A DNA stretch of 64,000 bases from Candidatus Eiseniibacteriota bacterium. GTDB lineage: Bacteria > Eisenbacteria > RBG-16-71-46. The first letter of the stretch is position 1. Each line of letters opens with the position of its first letter. Shown in pieces: positions 54,248 to 64,000 of this stretch. Location: contig JBGAML010000011.1 of assembly GCA_044223005.1 (NCBI GenBank), positions 99,181 through 163,180 of the forward strand, given 5' to 3'. The translations under genes were made by a program, and so were the position numbers. Below the pieces are notes generated by a model that saw nothing but the letters and a program-made list of their open reading frames with translations, had not been told where the DNA came from and ran no database searches.

Positions 54248-54575
54248 GTCCTCGGGCGATTCGGCGCGAGCCGGCGGAGCGCCGCGCCGGACACACGAAC
54301 GCGGTCGCATCCCGGGGGCGGAAGCGCGACCGCGTCGTGGTACCTCGCCTGGATGGCAACAGGCCGTTGCTGGAAAGCACGAGTCCCTTGCCACCGGGGT
54401 CTATTCGCAAGCCCGGGGCCAGTGCCGGGCCGCTGCGAGGGAGGGGTGTCGACCAGGCTGCGCAGCAATGCGTTGGCCGTGTCCGCTCGGGTGGAACGCG
54501 AAGGCACGCGCGGAGCCGGAAGGCGCCCCCGCCGGGGCGAATGCACCAGCGGCTGCGCGCGCTGGCCCAGCGCGC

Positions 54576-55391
54576 TCAGGGCCGCCCGAGCGGGCGCGGC
54601 ACGGCGAAGCGGTGCGGCGGCGCGAGCGGCGAGCCGTCCGCGAGCGCGAACGTTGCTCCGGATTCGAGCGCGTCGATGCGCACGACCGCGAGCGCGAGCC
54701 AGCCGCCGGCCTGCGCCGCCGAGCGGGTCAGCGTTCCGGAGGGCTCGCCCGCGACGAGCAGGTCCTGCGGCGCCGGCGGTGCGCCGTCACCCGCGAAGCG
54801 CACCATTCGGCGGCGCACGCTCTCGTAGGTGACGAGGCGCTGCAGCGTCTCCTGCCCGGTGTAGCAGCCCTTGTCGAGGTGCACGTGCGCCGCGAGGTTC
54901 ACCTCGTAGGGCGTGAACGCGTCCGCGATCTCGGCGCCGGCGCGGGCGCGCCCGCGCGCGATCGTCTCGGCGTCGCCGAGCGCGTCGCCCGCGGCGAGCG
55001 AAAGCGCGAGGCCGTCGCCCTCCGGCGCGAGCATCGGCGTCCCGTCGGCGGCGAACGCCGGCGCGGTCGCGGCGTCGCTCGTGAGTCGCACGCCGAACGC
55101 GTCCGAGCGGTCCTCGACATGGACGTCTTCGCGGAACACGCAGCGGTCCACGGCGGCGGCGAGTTCGGCGCCCGGCGCATCGTCGCGCAGCAGCCACACC
55201 GCGCCGTCGGGCGCGTGGACGACGAGGGCGCGATGCTGGAGCCGTCCGCGGAAGTCGCAGAAGAGCGTCGTGCGCGCCGAACCCGCCGGCAGGCCGGCGA
55301 GCGACTGGGTCGTGACGCGGTGCAGGACCGCGAGCGTGTCGCGCCCGGTGAGCCGCAGCGCGGAGGAGGAGCCGTTGACCATGCGGCCCAC
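54576..55391 (-). CDS. ygfZ: YgfZ/GcvT-like folate-binding protein
   Basis: Signature DKGCYTGQE; N-terminal LRLTGRD; alternative ATG at 55382. Confidence 0.88.
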   Translation of the reverse strand: MGRMVNGSSSALRLTGRDTLAVLHRVTTQSLAGLPAGSARTTLFCDFRGRLQHRALVVHAPDGAVWLLRDDAPGAELAAAVDRCVFREDVHVEDRSDAFGVRLTSDAATAPAFAADGTPMLAPEGDGLALSLAAGDALGDAETIARGRARAGAEIADAFTPYEVNLAAHVHLDKGCYTGQETLQRLVTYESVRRRMVRFAGDGAPPAPQDLLVAGEPSGTLTRSAAQAGGWLALAVVRIDALESGATFALADGSPLAPPHRFAVPRPLGRP

Positions 55392-55511
55392 GCTAACGCA
55401 GACGCGCCGATCGTGCAGGTCGCCGGTCCGCGCGCGGGGCCCGCGCGGCTGGCGCCGCCCGACCCCCGATGCTAGCGTCGCCCGACCCCCGATTCACCCA
55501 CGAGGATCGCC

Positions 55512-56582
55512 ATGGCCGTCACGGCACAGCAGATCGCGGAGCTGCTCGTCCAGCTCGTCGACATCCCGAGCGTCACCGGGAACGAGAAGGAGATCGCGGA
55601 CTTCGTCGCCGGCCGCCTCGCATCGCGGCCGGGCGAGGTGATTCGCTCCGGCAACGGGATCGTCTGGCGCGGCCCGAACCGCCACCGGCCGCTGATCGTG
55701 CTCGCGGGGCATCTCGACACCGTGCCGCCGCAGGGCAACGCGAAGGCCCGCATCGAGGCCGGGCTCGTGCACGGGCTCGGCACCACGGACATGAAGGCCG
55801 GCGACGCCGTGATGCTGGCGCTGCTCGAGCACCTCGATCCCAACGCGCTGCGCTTCGATCTCGCGTGCGTCTTCTACGATGCCGAGGAAGGGCCGGCGGT
55901 GAACAACGGGCTCGGGCGCATCCTGCGCGAGCAGCCGTGGCTCGCGGGTGCGGCGGTCGCGGTCCTGCTCGAGCCCACCGACCTGCAGGTCGAGATGGGC
56001 TGCAACGGCATCCTCAACGTCGAAGTGCGCGTGCCCGGCGTGGCCGCCCACGCGGCGCGGCCGTGGATGGGCAAGAACGCCGTGGGCGAGGGCGTCGCCT
56101 GGCTCAGCGCGATCACGCGCTTCCCGGTGACGTCCGTGAACGTGCAGGGGCTCGAATATCGCGAGACGCTGCAGGTGACCACGCTGCGCGCGGGCACGGC
56201 GCGCAACGTCGTGCCGGGTGAAATGGTCGCGAACCTCAACTACCGCTTCCCGCCGACCATGACCACGAAGGACGCGATCGCGCGTGTGCGCTCGATGGTG
56301 CCGGGCGAGTTCGGTTTCGAGGTCGTCGACCAGGCCGAGCCCGGGCGCGTCTGCCTCGACCGCCCCGAGGTGACGGAGTTCGTGAAGCGGTTCGATGCGC
56401 GTGTCGGCGGCAAGCAGGGCTGGACCGACGTCGCGCGCTTCACGAGCGTCGGCATCCCGGCGTTCAACTTCGGCCCCGGTCTGGCGGAGCTCTGTCACCG
56501 GGCCGACGAATACTGTCCCATCGACAATCTCGGCGTGGCCTACGACTGGCTCGCCGCGTTTCTTTCGTCGGAGGCTCGATGA
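55512..56582 (+). CDS. dapE: Succinyl-diaminopimelate desuccinylase
   Basis: GHLDTVP, GTTDMK, YDAEE, LEPT, HAARPW.G.NA, GWTDVARF; clustered with dapC and dapD. Confidence 0.9.
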   Translation: MAVTAQQIAELLVQLVDIPSVTGNEKEIADFVAGRLASRPGEVIRSGNGIVWRGPNRHRPLIVLAGHLDTVPPQGNAKARIEAGLVHGLGTTDMKAGDAVMLALLEHLDPNALRFDLACVFYDAEEGPAVNNGLGRILREQPWLAGAAVAVLLEPTDLQVEMGCNGILNVEVRVPGVAAHAARPWMGKNAVGEGVAWLSAITRFPVTSVNVQGLEYRETLQVTTLRAGTARNVVPGEMVANLNYRFPPTMTTKDAIARVRSMVPGEFGFEVVDQAEPGRVCLDRPEVTEFVKRFDARVGGKQGWTDVARFTSVGIPAFNFGPGLAELCHRADEYCPIDNLGVAYDWLAAFLSSEAR

Positions 56583-57750
56583 GTACCACCGTCAAGACCA
56601 TCCCCGCGCCGCTGCATCCGCTGCTCACCGGCGGGGCGGAGTACCCGTTCGTGAAGCTGGACCGGCGCAAGCGTGAACTCGCGCCCGCGGGCGTCGAGAT
56701 CATCAACTTCGGCATGGGCGATCCGCGTGAAGAGACGCCCGAGTTCATCCGCGAGACGCTCCGCAAGGCGATCCCGCCGGTGTCGAGCTACCCGGCCACG
56801 CCCGGCCGGCCCGAGTTGCGCGCCGCGTGCGCGCGCTGGGTGCAGCGCCGCTACGGCGTGACGCTCGATCCCGAGCAGCACATCCTCAGCGCCAACGGCG
56901 CCAAGGAAGCGGTCTACAACCTGCCGTTCGCGGTTGTCGATCCCGCGGGCCCGCGCCGCGTCGTGGTGATCCCGACGCCCGCGTACCCGGTCTACGAAGG
57001 CGGCACGCGCTTCGCCGGCGCCGAGCCGTACTTCGTGCCGCTGCGCTCGGAGGACGGCTGGAAGTTCGTGCCCTCGCGCGTGCCGGACGAGGTGTGGGCG
57101 CGGACCGCGCTGCTGTGGCTCAACTCGCCGCACAACCCGACGGGGGCGGTGACGAGCCTCGAGGAGGGCGGCAGGCTGGTCGAGCACGCGCGCCGTCACG
57201 GTTACTGGATCTGCTCCGACGAGGCGTACTGCGACCTGTGGTTCGACGGCGGCCCGCCGCCGAGCCTGCTCGCACACGGGCTCGAGAACGTGGTCGCGCT
57301 CTACACGCTTTCCAAGCGCTCGGCCATGACCGGCTACCGTTCCGGCTTCATCGCCGGCGATCCGCGGCTGATCGAGGCGCTGCGCCGCCAGCGGCCCAAC
57401 GTCGGTGCCGCGACGCCGGACTTCATCCAGGACGCCGCCATCGCGGCGTGGAACGACGACGCTCACACGGAGCTCCAGCGTGCGAAGTACGGCGCCAAGC
57501 GCGAGCTGTTCCTGGCCGAGTTCGCGCGCCGCGGCTGGAGCATCGAGGCGAGCGGCGCCACGTTCTACCTCTGGTTGAAGGCCCCGGGCGGCGACGACGT
57601 CGCGTTCGTCGAGAAGCTGCTCCGGCTCGGGATCGTGTGCGTGCCCGGTTCGTTCCTCGGCCCCGGCGGCGAGGGCTTCGTGCGCTTCGCGCTCGTGCCC
57701 ACGCTCGCGCAGTGCCGCGAAGCCATCGCGCGCATGGCGGAGCTGAAGGC

Positions 57751-57754
<4 letters not shown>
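56579..57754 (+). CDS. dapC: N-succinyldiaminopimelate aminotransferase (class I/II PLP)
   Basis: YPF..L, NSPHNPTG, SDEAY, LSKRSAMTGYRSG; operon context. Confidence 0.88.
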
Positions 57755-58602
<848 letters not shown>

Positions 58603-58756
58603 GCGGGCGCCGCCGACGCGGGACGGCGTTTTCGCGAGGCAAGCCGCGGTCCCGCGCGCGCTTGCCCCGGCGGAAGCCCCCCGGCTATCCTCGTGCGGAA
58701 CGTGCGGTGGGGGCCACGAGGGCCGCCCGCCGAGTCCCCGCGCAGGAGGCAACCCG

Positions 58757-59116
58757 TTGGCCACCATCCGTCTCGAAGGGCTGTCCATCTTCGGCCACCA
58801 TGGCGCCCGGCCGTACGAGAAGGAAGCCGGCCAGCGCCTCGAGGTGGACCTCGAGCTGGAGCCGCTGCAGGACGTCGCCGAGACGTCGGACCGGCTCCAG
58901 GACACGATCGACTACGATCGCCTCTACGAGCTGGTACTCGAGGTCAACTCGGGGCACAGTTTCCATCTGCTCGAGGCGCTCGCGCGCACCATGGCCGACA
59001 CGATCCTCGAGCGATTCCCGTTCCGGCGCGCCCGGGTGCGGATCGCCAAGCAGAACCTCGGCTGGACCACGGGCGGGCGCGCGGTGATCGACGTGGTGCG
59101 GGAGAAGCGCGCGTGA
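58757..59116 (+). CDS. folB: Dihydroneopterin aldolase
   Basis: GHHG..E...GQ, DTIDY, LLEALA; TTG start with AGGAGG RBS. Confidence 0.92.
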   Translation: MATIRLEGLSIFGHHGARPYEKEAGQRLEVDLELEPLQDVAETSDRLQDTIDYDRLYELVLEVNSGHSFHLLEALARTMADTILERFPFRRARVRIAKQNLGWTTGGRAVIDVVREKRA

Positions 59117-59607
59117 AGGCGTTCATCGGACTGGGCTCCAACCTCGGCGAGCGCGAAGCGATGATCCGCTCGGCGCTCGAGGCGATCGCGGCGCTGCCGG
59201 AGACCGATCTGGTGCGCGCGTCGTCGCTCTACGACACCGAGCCCGTCGGGGACGTGGACCAGCCCAACTTCCTCAACGCGGTCGCACAGGTCGACACCGA
59301 CCTGCCGCCGCGGCAGCTCCTCTGGAACCTGCAGCTGATCGAACGCCGTCTCGGGCGCGAACGTACGCGCCGCTGGGGACCGCGGACGATCGACCTCGAC
59401 CTGCTGCTCTACGGCGACCTCGTGATCGAGGAGGACGACCTGCGCGTGCCGCATCCGGAGATGATCCGGCGCGCGTTCGTGCTCGTGCCGCTGGTCGAGC
59501 TCGACCCGACGCTCGTGCATCCCTCGACCGGGGAGACGCTCGCGTCGCACCTCTCGAAACTGGGGGCGCGCCCGCCGCTCAAGCGCGGCACCCGACTGTG
59601 GAACTGA
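59113..59607 (+). CDS. folK: 6-hydroxymethyl-7,8-dihydropterin pyrophosphokinase
   Basis: IGLGSNLG, FLNAV, WGPRTIDLDLL, VPHP...RAFVLVPL. Confidence 0.96.
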   Translation: MKAFIGLGSNLGEREAMIRSALEAIAALPETDLVRASSLYDTEPVGDVDQPNFLNAVAQVDTDLPPRQLLWNLQLIERRLGRERTRRWGPRTIDLDLLLYGDLVIEEDDLRVPHPEMIRRAFVLVPLVELDPTLVHPSTGETLASHLSKLGARPPLKRGTRLWN

Positions 59608-59614
59608 GCCGCGC

Positions 59615-60265
59615 GTGAGCGAAAACCGATACCTCGTCATCGAAGGCGTGATCGGGGCGGGCAAGACCAGCCTGTCCCGGATGTTGAGCGAGCGACTGCA
59701 GGCGCAGCTGGTCCTGGAAGAAGTCGAGGAGAACCCGTTCCTCAAGGACTTCTACCGCGACCGCGCGCGTTACGCGTTCCAGACGCAGATGCACTTCCTC
59801 TTCAGCCGCTACCAGCAGCAGCGCGACCTGAAGCAGACGGACCTGTTCCGCGACAAGCTGGTCGCGGACTACCTGTTCCAGAAGGACCGCATCTTCGCGA
59901 GCCTGAACCTGGTCGACCGCGAGCTGGCGATGTACGAGCGGCTCGTGGGCTGGCTCGAACTCGACGTGGTCAAGCCCGACATCGTGGTCTACCTGCAGGC
60001 GCATCCCGACACGCTCATGGAGCGCATCGCGCGCCGGAACCGGCCGTTCGAGAAGGACATGGACCGCGACTACATCTCGCGGCTCAACGACGCCTACAAC
60101 CACTACTTCTTCCATTACACGGACACGCCGCTGCTGGTGGTGAACACGAACAGCATCGACTTCGTGAACGAGCCGGACGACTACGAAGACCTGGTGAAGC
60201 GGATCCTGTCGCACACCCAGGGCACGATGTACTACGTGCCGATCGAGAAGGGACGCACGACATGA
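59615..60265 (+). CDS. Deoxynucleoside kinase
   Basis: IEGVIGAGKT, ENPFL..FY, FLFSRY, PDIVVYL, RIARRNR. Confidence 0.92.
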   Translation: MSENRYLVIEGVIGAGKTSLSRMLSERLQAQLVLEEVEENPFLKDFYRDRARYAFQTQMHFLFSRYQQQRDLKQTDLFRDKLVADYLFQKDRIFASLNLVDRELAMYERLVGWLELDVVKPDIVVYLQAHPDTLMERIARRNRPFEKDMDRDYISRLNDAYNHYFFHYTDTPLLVVNTNSIDFVNEPDDYEDLVKRILSHTQGTMYYVPIEKGRTT

Positions 60266-61092
60266 GCCCCGAGCCCTCCACCGGCCGCGACCCCCGCGCG
60301 AAGGTCACCGCGCCCGCGATCGTCGACATGAAGCGCCGCGGCGAGATGGTCGTCGTGGTGACCGCGTACGACTTCCCGACGGCGCGGCTGGCCGACCAGG
60401 CCGGCGTCGAGATCCTGCTCGTCGGCGACAGCCTCGGCACGGTGGTGCTGGGCCACGAGACGACGCTGCCCGTGACGATGGAGGAGATGCTCCACCACGC
60501 GAAGGCCGTGACGCGCGCGAAGCCCTCGGCGCTCGTGGTGGGCGACCTGCCCTTCATGTCGTACCAGGTGAGCGACGAGCAGGCGCTCGCGAACGCCGGC
60601 CGCTTCGTGCAGGAAGCGGGCGTCGACGCGGTCAAGCTCGAGGGCGGCGAACGCGTCGCGGGGGCGGTGCGCAAGATCACCGGCGCGGGTATCCCGGTGA
60701 TGGGCCACCTCGGCCTCACGCCGCAGTCGGTGCTCGCGTTCGGCGGGCACAAGGTGCAGGCGCGCGGCGAGGCCGACCAGGAACGCCTGGTGCGCGAAGC
60801 GAAGCTGCTCCAGGACTGCGGCTGCTTCGCGATCGTGCTCGAGGGGATCCCGGCCAAGCTCGGGACCGAGGTCTCGAAGGCGCTGCAGGTGCCCACCATC
60901 GGCATCGGTGCGGGGCCCGGATGCGACGGCCAGGTGCTGGTGTCGCACGACCTGCTCGGCCTCTACCACGGCCGCAGCCCGAAGTTCGTGCGCCGCTACG
61001 CCGAGCTGGGCGACGCGACGCGGGACGCGTTCGCGCGTTTCGCCGCGGACGTGAAGGCGAAGCGGTTCCCGTCGGACGCGGAGTCGTACTGA
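60262..61092 (+). CDS. panB: 3-methyl-2-oxobutanoate hydroxymethyltransferase
   Basis: TAYD, LVGDSLG, KLEGG, GHLGLTPQ, GIGAG..CDGQVLV. Confidence 0.97.
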   Translation: MSPEPSTGRDPRAKVTAPAIVDMKRRGEMVVVVTAYDFPTARLADQAGVEILLVGDSLGTVVLGHETTLPVTMEEMLHHAKAVTRAKPSALVVGDLPFMSYQVSDEQALANAGRFVQEAGVDAVKLEGGERVAGAVRKITGAGIPVMGHLGLTPQSVLAFGGHKVQARGEADQERLVREAKLLQDCGCFAIVLEGIPAKLGTEVSKALQVPTIGIGAGPGCDGQVLVSHDLLGLYHGRSPKFVRRYAELGDATRDAFARFAADVKAKRFPSDAESY

Positions 61093-61093
61093 C

Positions 61094-61963
61094 GTGAGTC
61101 CGTCCGGCCGGGCGATGCGCCGCGTGCGCACCGTGGCCGCGCTGCGCCGCGCGACGGCCGCCTGGCGCGCGCGGGGCGAGACGATCGCCTTCGTGCCGAC
61201 CATGGGCGCGATCCACGACGGCCACCTCTCGCTGGTCCGCCGCGCCCGCGCCGCGCGCGCGCGCGTCGTGGCGAGCATCTTCGTCAACCCGCTCCAGTTC
61301 GGCCCGCGCGAGGACTTCACCCGCTACCCGCGGCCGATCCGCCGCGACCGCGCGCTCTTCGCCGGCGCCGGGGTCGACCTGCTCTGGGAGCCGGCGATCG
61401 CGGAGATCTATCCCGAGACCGACCGCACGCGCGTGCGCGTCTCCGGCCTCACCGACGTGCTGGAGGGCGCGGCGCGACCGGGGCATTTCGACGGGGTGAC
61501 GACGGTGGTGCTGCGGCTGCTAAACGCCCTGCAGCCCGACGTGCTGTGGCTGGGACAGAAGGACGCCCAGCAGGCGACGGTGCTCGAACGCATGGTCGCC
61601 GACCTGCTGCTGCCGGTGCGCGTCCGCCGCGGCGCCACGGTGCGCGAGCGCGACGGGCTGGCGATGAGCTCGCGCAACGCCTACCTCGCGCCGGCCGAGC
61701 GCGCGCAGGCCGTCGCGCTCTGGCGCGGTCTGCAGGCCGCGCGCGCGCGGCTCGCCGCCGGCGAGCGCTCGCCGGCGCGCATCGTGCAGGCCGTGCGCGG
61801 CGCGTGGAAGCCGTACCCGCTCGTGCGTGAAGACTACGTCGCCGTCGTGGACGCGGCGACCCTCGAGCCCCTGCGCCGCGTGCAGGGGCGGATCCTCGTG
61901 GCCGTGGCCGCCCGCGTCGGGCCCGCGCGCCTGATCGACAACCTCACCTGGAGCGCCCGATGA
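61094..61963 (+). CDS. panC: Pantoate--beta-alanine ligase
   Basis: VPTMGAIHDGH, FVNPLQF, RPGHFDGV, GQKDAQQ, DGLAMSSRN, RLIDN; alternative ATG at 61115. Confidence 0.96.
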   Translation: MSPSGRAMRRVRTVAALRRATAAWRARGETIAFVPTMGAIHDGHLSLVRRARAARARVVASIFVNPLQFGPREDFTRYPRPIRRDRALFAGAGVDLLWEPAIAEIYPETDRTRVRVSGLTDVLEGAARPGHFDGVTTVVLRLLNALQPDVLWLGQKDAQQATVLERMVADLLLPVRVRRGATVRERDGLAMSSRNAYLAPAERAQAVALWRGLQAARARLAAGERSPARIVQAVRGAWKPYPLVREDYVAVVDAATLEPLRRVQGRILVAVAARVGPARLIDNLTWSAR

Positions 61964-62733
61964 CCCGATTCTCGCACCCCGACGTGGCGGCCCTCGTGCT
62001 CGCCGCGGGCATGGGCAAGCGCATGAACAGCGACCTCGCCAAGGTGCTGCACCCGATGGCCGGCCGGCCGCTGCTCGCGCACGTGCTCGAGACGCTCGAC
62101 ACGCTCGGCGTGGGCCGCAAGGTGGTCGTGATCGGCCACCAGCGCGAGCGCGTGCAGGCCGCGTTCTCGGGCCGCGACGACCTCGAATGGGCCGTGCAGG
62201 CCGAGCAGCGCGGCACCGGCCACGCCTGCATGATGGCCGAGCCGGCGCTGGGCGATTTCGGCGGCACGCTGCTGGTGGTCTGCGGCGACACGCCGCTGCT
62301 CACGCCGGGCACGCTGCACGCGTTGCTCGAGCGCCACGCCGCGTCCGGCGCGTCGGTGACGGTGCTCAGCATGCGGCTGCCGGATCCCAAGGGCTACGGC
62401 CGCATCGTGCGTACCGCCGACGGCGCGGGCATCGAGCGCATCGTCGAGGAGAAGGACTCCACGGCCGCCGAGCGCCAGCTCGACGAGGTCAACTCGGGCA
62501 TCTACGCGTTCTCGTATCCCGCGCTCACGGGCGTGCTCTCGAGCCTGACGGCGACCAACGCGCAGGGCGAGTACTACCTGACCGACACGGTGTCGCTGCT
62601 GCAGGCGCGCGGCCACAAGGCCGCCGTCGTCTGCGCCGAGGACCATCGCGAACTGCTCGGCATCAACACGGTCGACCAGCTCGCGGAGGCCGAGGCGATC
62701 TGGCGCGCACTGCGCGAAGGGCGGAAGGGATGA
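61960..62733 (+). CDS. GlmU-like uridyltransferase domain only (no left-handed beta-helix acetyltransferase domain)
   Basis: LAAGMGKRM, KVLH, QRGTGHA, GDTPL, GYGRI, EVNSG, NAQGEYYLTD, GINT; stops at 257 aa. Confidence 0.88.
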   Translation: MTRFSHPDVAALVLAAGMGKRMNSDLAKVLHPMAGRPLLAHVLETLDTLGVGRKVVVIGHQRERVQAAFSGRDDLEWAVQAEQRGTGHACMMAEPALGDFGGTLLVVCGDTPLLTPGTLHALLERHAASGASVTVLSMRLPDPKGYGRIVRTADGAGIERIVEEKDSTAAERQLDEVNSGIYAFSYPALTGVLSSLTATNAQGEYYLTDTVSLLQARGHKAAVVCAEDHRELLGINTVDQLAEAEAIWRALREGRKG

Positions 62734-63287
62734 GCCCCGCGCGCAAGCCCGGGCTCGACCGGCTGTGGTCGCCGTGGCGGATGGCGTACATCCGCAAGGC
62801 GCACGAGCCGGCGGGGTGCCTCTTCTGCCGCGTCGCGAAGGCGAAGGCCGACCGCCGCGACCTCGTGCTCGCGCGGCGCCCGCACGCGCTGCTGATGCTC
62901 AACCGCTTCCCGTACAATCCGGCGCACCTGATGGTCGCCGTGCAGCGGCACGCGGCGCAGTTCCACGAGCTCGCGGCCGCGGAGCGTACCGACCTGTTCG
63001 ACCTGGTCGCGCTCGCCGAGCGCGCGCTCGCGGCCGAGTACGCGCCGCACGGCGTCAACTACGGACTCAACGTCGGCCGCGTGGCCGGCGCCGGGTTCCC
63101 GGGGCACCTGCACCTGCACCTCGTCCCGCGCTGGGACGGGGACACCAACTTCATGCCCGCCGTCGCCGAGACCAAGGTGCTGCCGGAATCGCTCGGCCGC
63201 ACGTGGTCGCGGCTGCGCGCCGCCCTGGCGGCGCTGCCGCCGGCGGGAGGGACCGCGAGGCGCCGTGGCGCGAAAGTCCGGCGGTAA
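62730..63287 (+). CDS. HIT-family hydrolase (Ap4A phosphorylase-like)
   Basis: LWSPWRM.YI, CLFC, LNRFPYNPAH, GLNVGRVAGAG, HLHLHLVPRW.GDTNF. Confidence 0.92.
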   Translation: MSPARKPGLDRLWSPWRMAYIRKAHEPAGCLFCRVAKAKADRRDLVLARRPHALLMLNRFPYNPAHLMVAVQRHAAQFHELAAAERTDLFDLVALAERALAAEYAPHGVNYGLNVGRVAGAGFPGHLHLHLVPRWDGDTNFMPAVAETKVLPESLGRTWSRLRAALAALPPAGGTARRRGAKVRR

Positions 63288-63693
63288 GGGCGGCACGATC
63301 GCGCTCGTGGTGGTCGGGGTGCTGGTCGCGGCCCTGGCCGGCTCGTGGGCGTGGTCGCGCTTCTGGGCCGGCCGCCACGAGGCCCGCCGCACGGGTGGCG
63401 CCCGGATCATCCGCGTCCAGGTGCTGAACGGCTCGGGCGAGGGCGGGATCGGGGTCCGGGTGGCGGCCTTCCTGCGCGAGGGGGGCTTCCGCGTGGTCGA
63501 GGTCCGGAACGCCGACCGATCGGACTACTTTTCGACCATGGTGGTGGCCCGCCGGCGTGACCTTTCCCTCGCCCGCGAAGTAGCGCATTATCTCGGGGAG
63601 CCACCCCTCATCCAGCAGGCTTGGGATTCCGAGCTCGCCGACGTGTCGGTGGTGATTGGCAGCGACCGCAGTCGCCTGCACCTGGAACCCTGA
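63265..63693 (+). CDS. LytR C-terminal domain membrane protein
   Basis: One TM helix; VQVLNGSG..G, NAD, DVSVVIGSD. Confidence 0.85.
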   Translation: MARKSGGKGGTIALVVVGVLVAALAGSWAWSRFWAGRHEARRTGGARIIRVQVLNGSGEGGIGVRVAAFLREGGFRVVEVRNADRSDYFSTMVVARRRDLSLAREVAHYLGEPPLIQQAWDSELADVSVVIGSDRSRLHLEP

Positions 63694-63720
63694 GCCCGGC
63701 CGTCTTCGGGAGGATTGCAC

Positions 63721-63942
63721 GTGTTGAACTTCGGTGGTGGAGAGATGCTGATCGTCCTGCTGATCGTGCTGCTGCTCTTCGGCCCGAGCCAGTTGCCGAA
63801 GATGGCGCGCGGATTCGGCCAGGCGATCCGGGAGTTCAAGAAGGCCCAGCGCGAGATCACGGACGAGATCCAGCGCGACGAGCCTTCGCAGGGCTCCTCG
63901 ACGTCGACGTCGCGTCCTCCCGAGAACAAGCCGCTGAACTAG
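63721..63942 (+). CDS. tatA: Twin-arginine translocase TatA/E subunit
   Basis: GGGEMLIVLLIVLLLFGPSQLP..ARGFGQAIREFKKA; start uncertain (63715, 63721 or 63724). Confidence 0.92.
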   Translation: MLNFGGGEMLIVLLIVLLLFGPSQLPKMARGFGQAIREFKKAQREITDEIQRDEPSQGSSTSTSRPPENKPLN

Positions 63943-64000
63943 CGGACCGACGCGGACACGGCCGGGCGTTCCTCACGTCCGCTCCGGCCGGCGTCCCCGG

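Noticed and set aside
58603..58756. THF or pan riboswitch ahead of the folB-panC operon
   Set aside because: Only a weak terminator, a sigma70-like TTGCCC-N18-TATCCT and a short leader are present; no recognisable aptamer.
60262..61963. Absence of panD (and of dapA/dapB near dapECD) as pathway gaps
   Set aside because: These genes are often encoded elsewhere; one window cannot show absence.

Overview
Ordinary-looking chromosomal window from a very GC-rich bacterium. Two large secreted proteins end in FlgD-Ig/T9SS-CTD-like tails, which suggests an FCB-related lineage such as Candidatus Eisenbacteria (inference only). About 53 genes can be supported. Housekeeping genes: tex, valS, can, uvrB, nadC-birA-tatC-coaX, ygfZ, dapE-dapC-dapD, folB-folK-dNK-panB-panC-glmU-like-HIT-LytR_C-tatA. 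There is also a divergent surface-glycosylation locus, redox genes and several secreted or outer-membrane proteins. I saw no rRNA, tRNA, CRISPR array or intact IS. The best candidate for a new system is at the left edge. It has a membrane-anchored TPR-CHAT (caspase-like) protease, an ECF sigma factor, a zinc-finger transmembrane anti-sigma factor with an exposed LRG linker, and a 1715-aa FG-GAP surface protein. An identically spaced motif TGTGA-N18-GGTCYCAC lies in front of both the apparently leaderless sigma gene and the FG-GAP gene, with a weaker copy upstream of an atypical aquaporin. Other notable items are a candidate leader-peptide/terminator attenuator upstream of rsgA and a highly divergent orphan GroEL with only 2 lysines behind a sigma28-like promoter. 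All functional assignments come from visual motif recognition; no searches were run.
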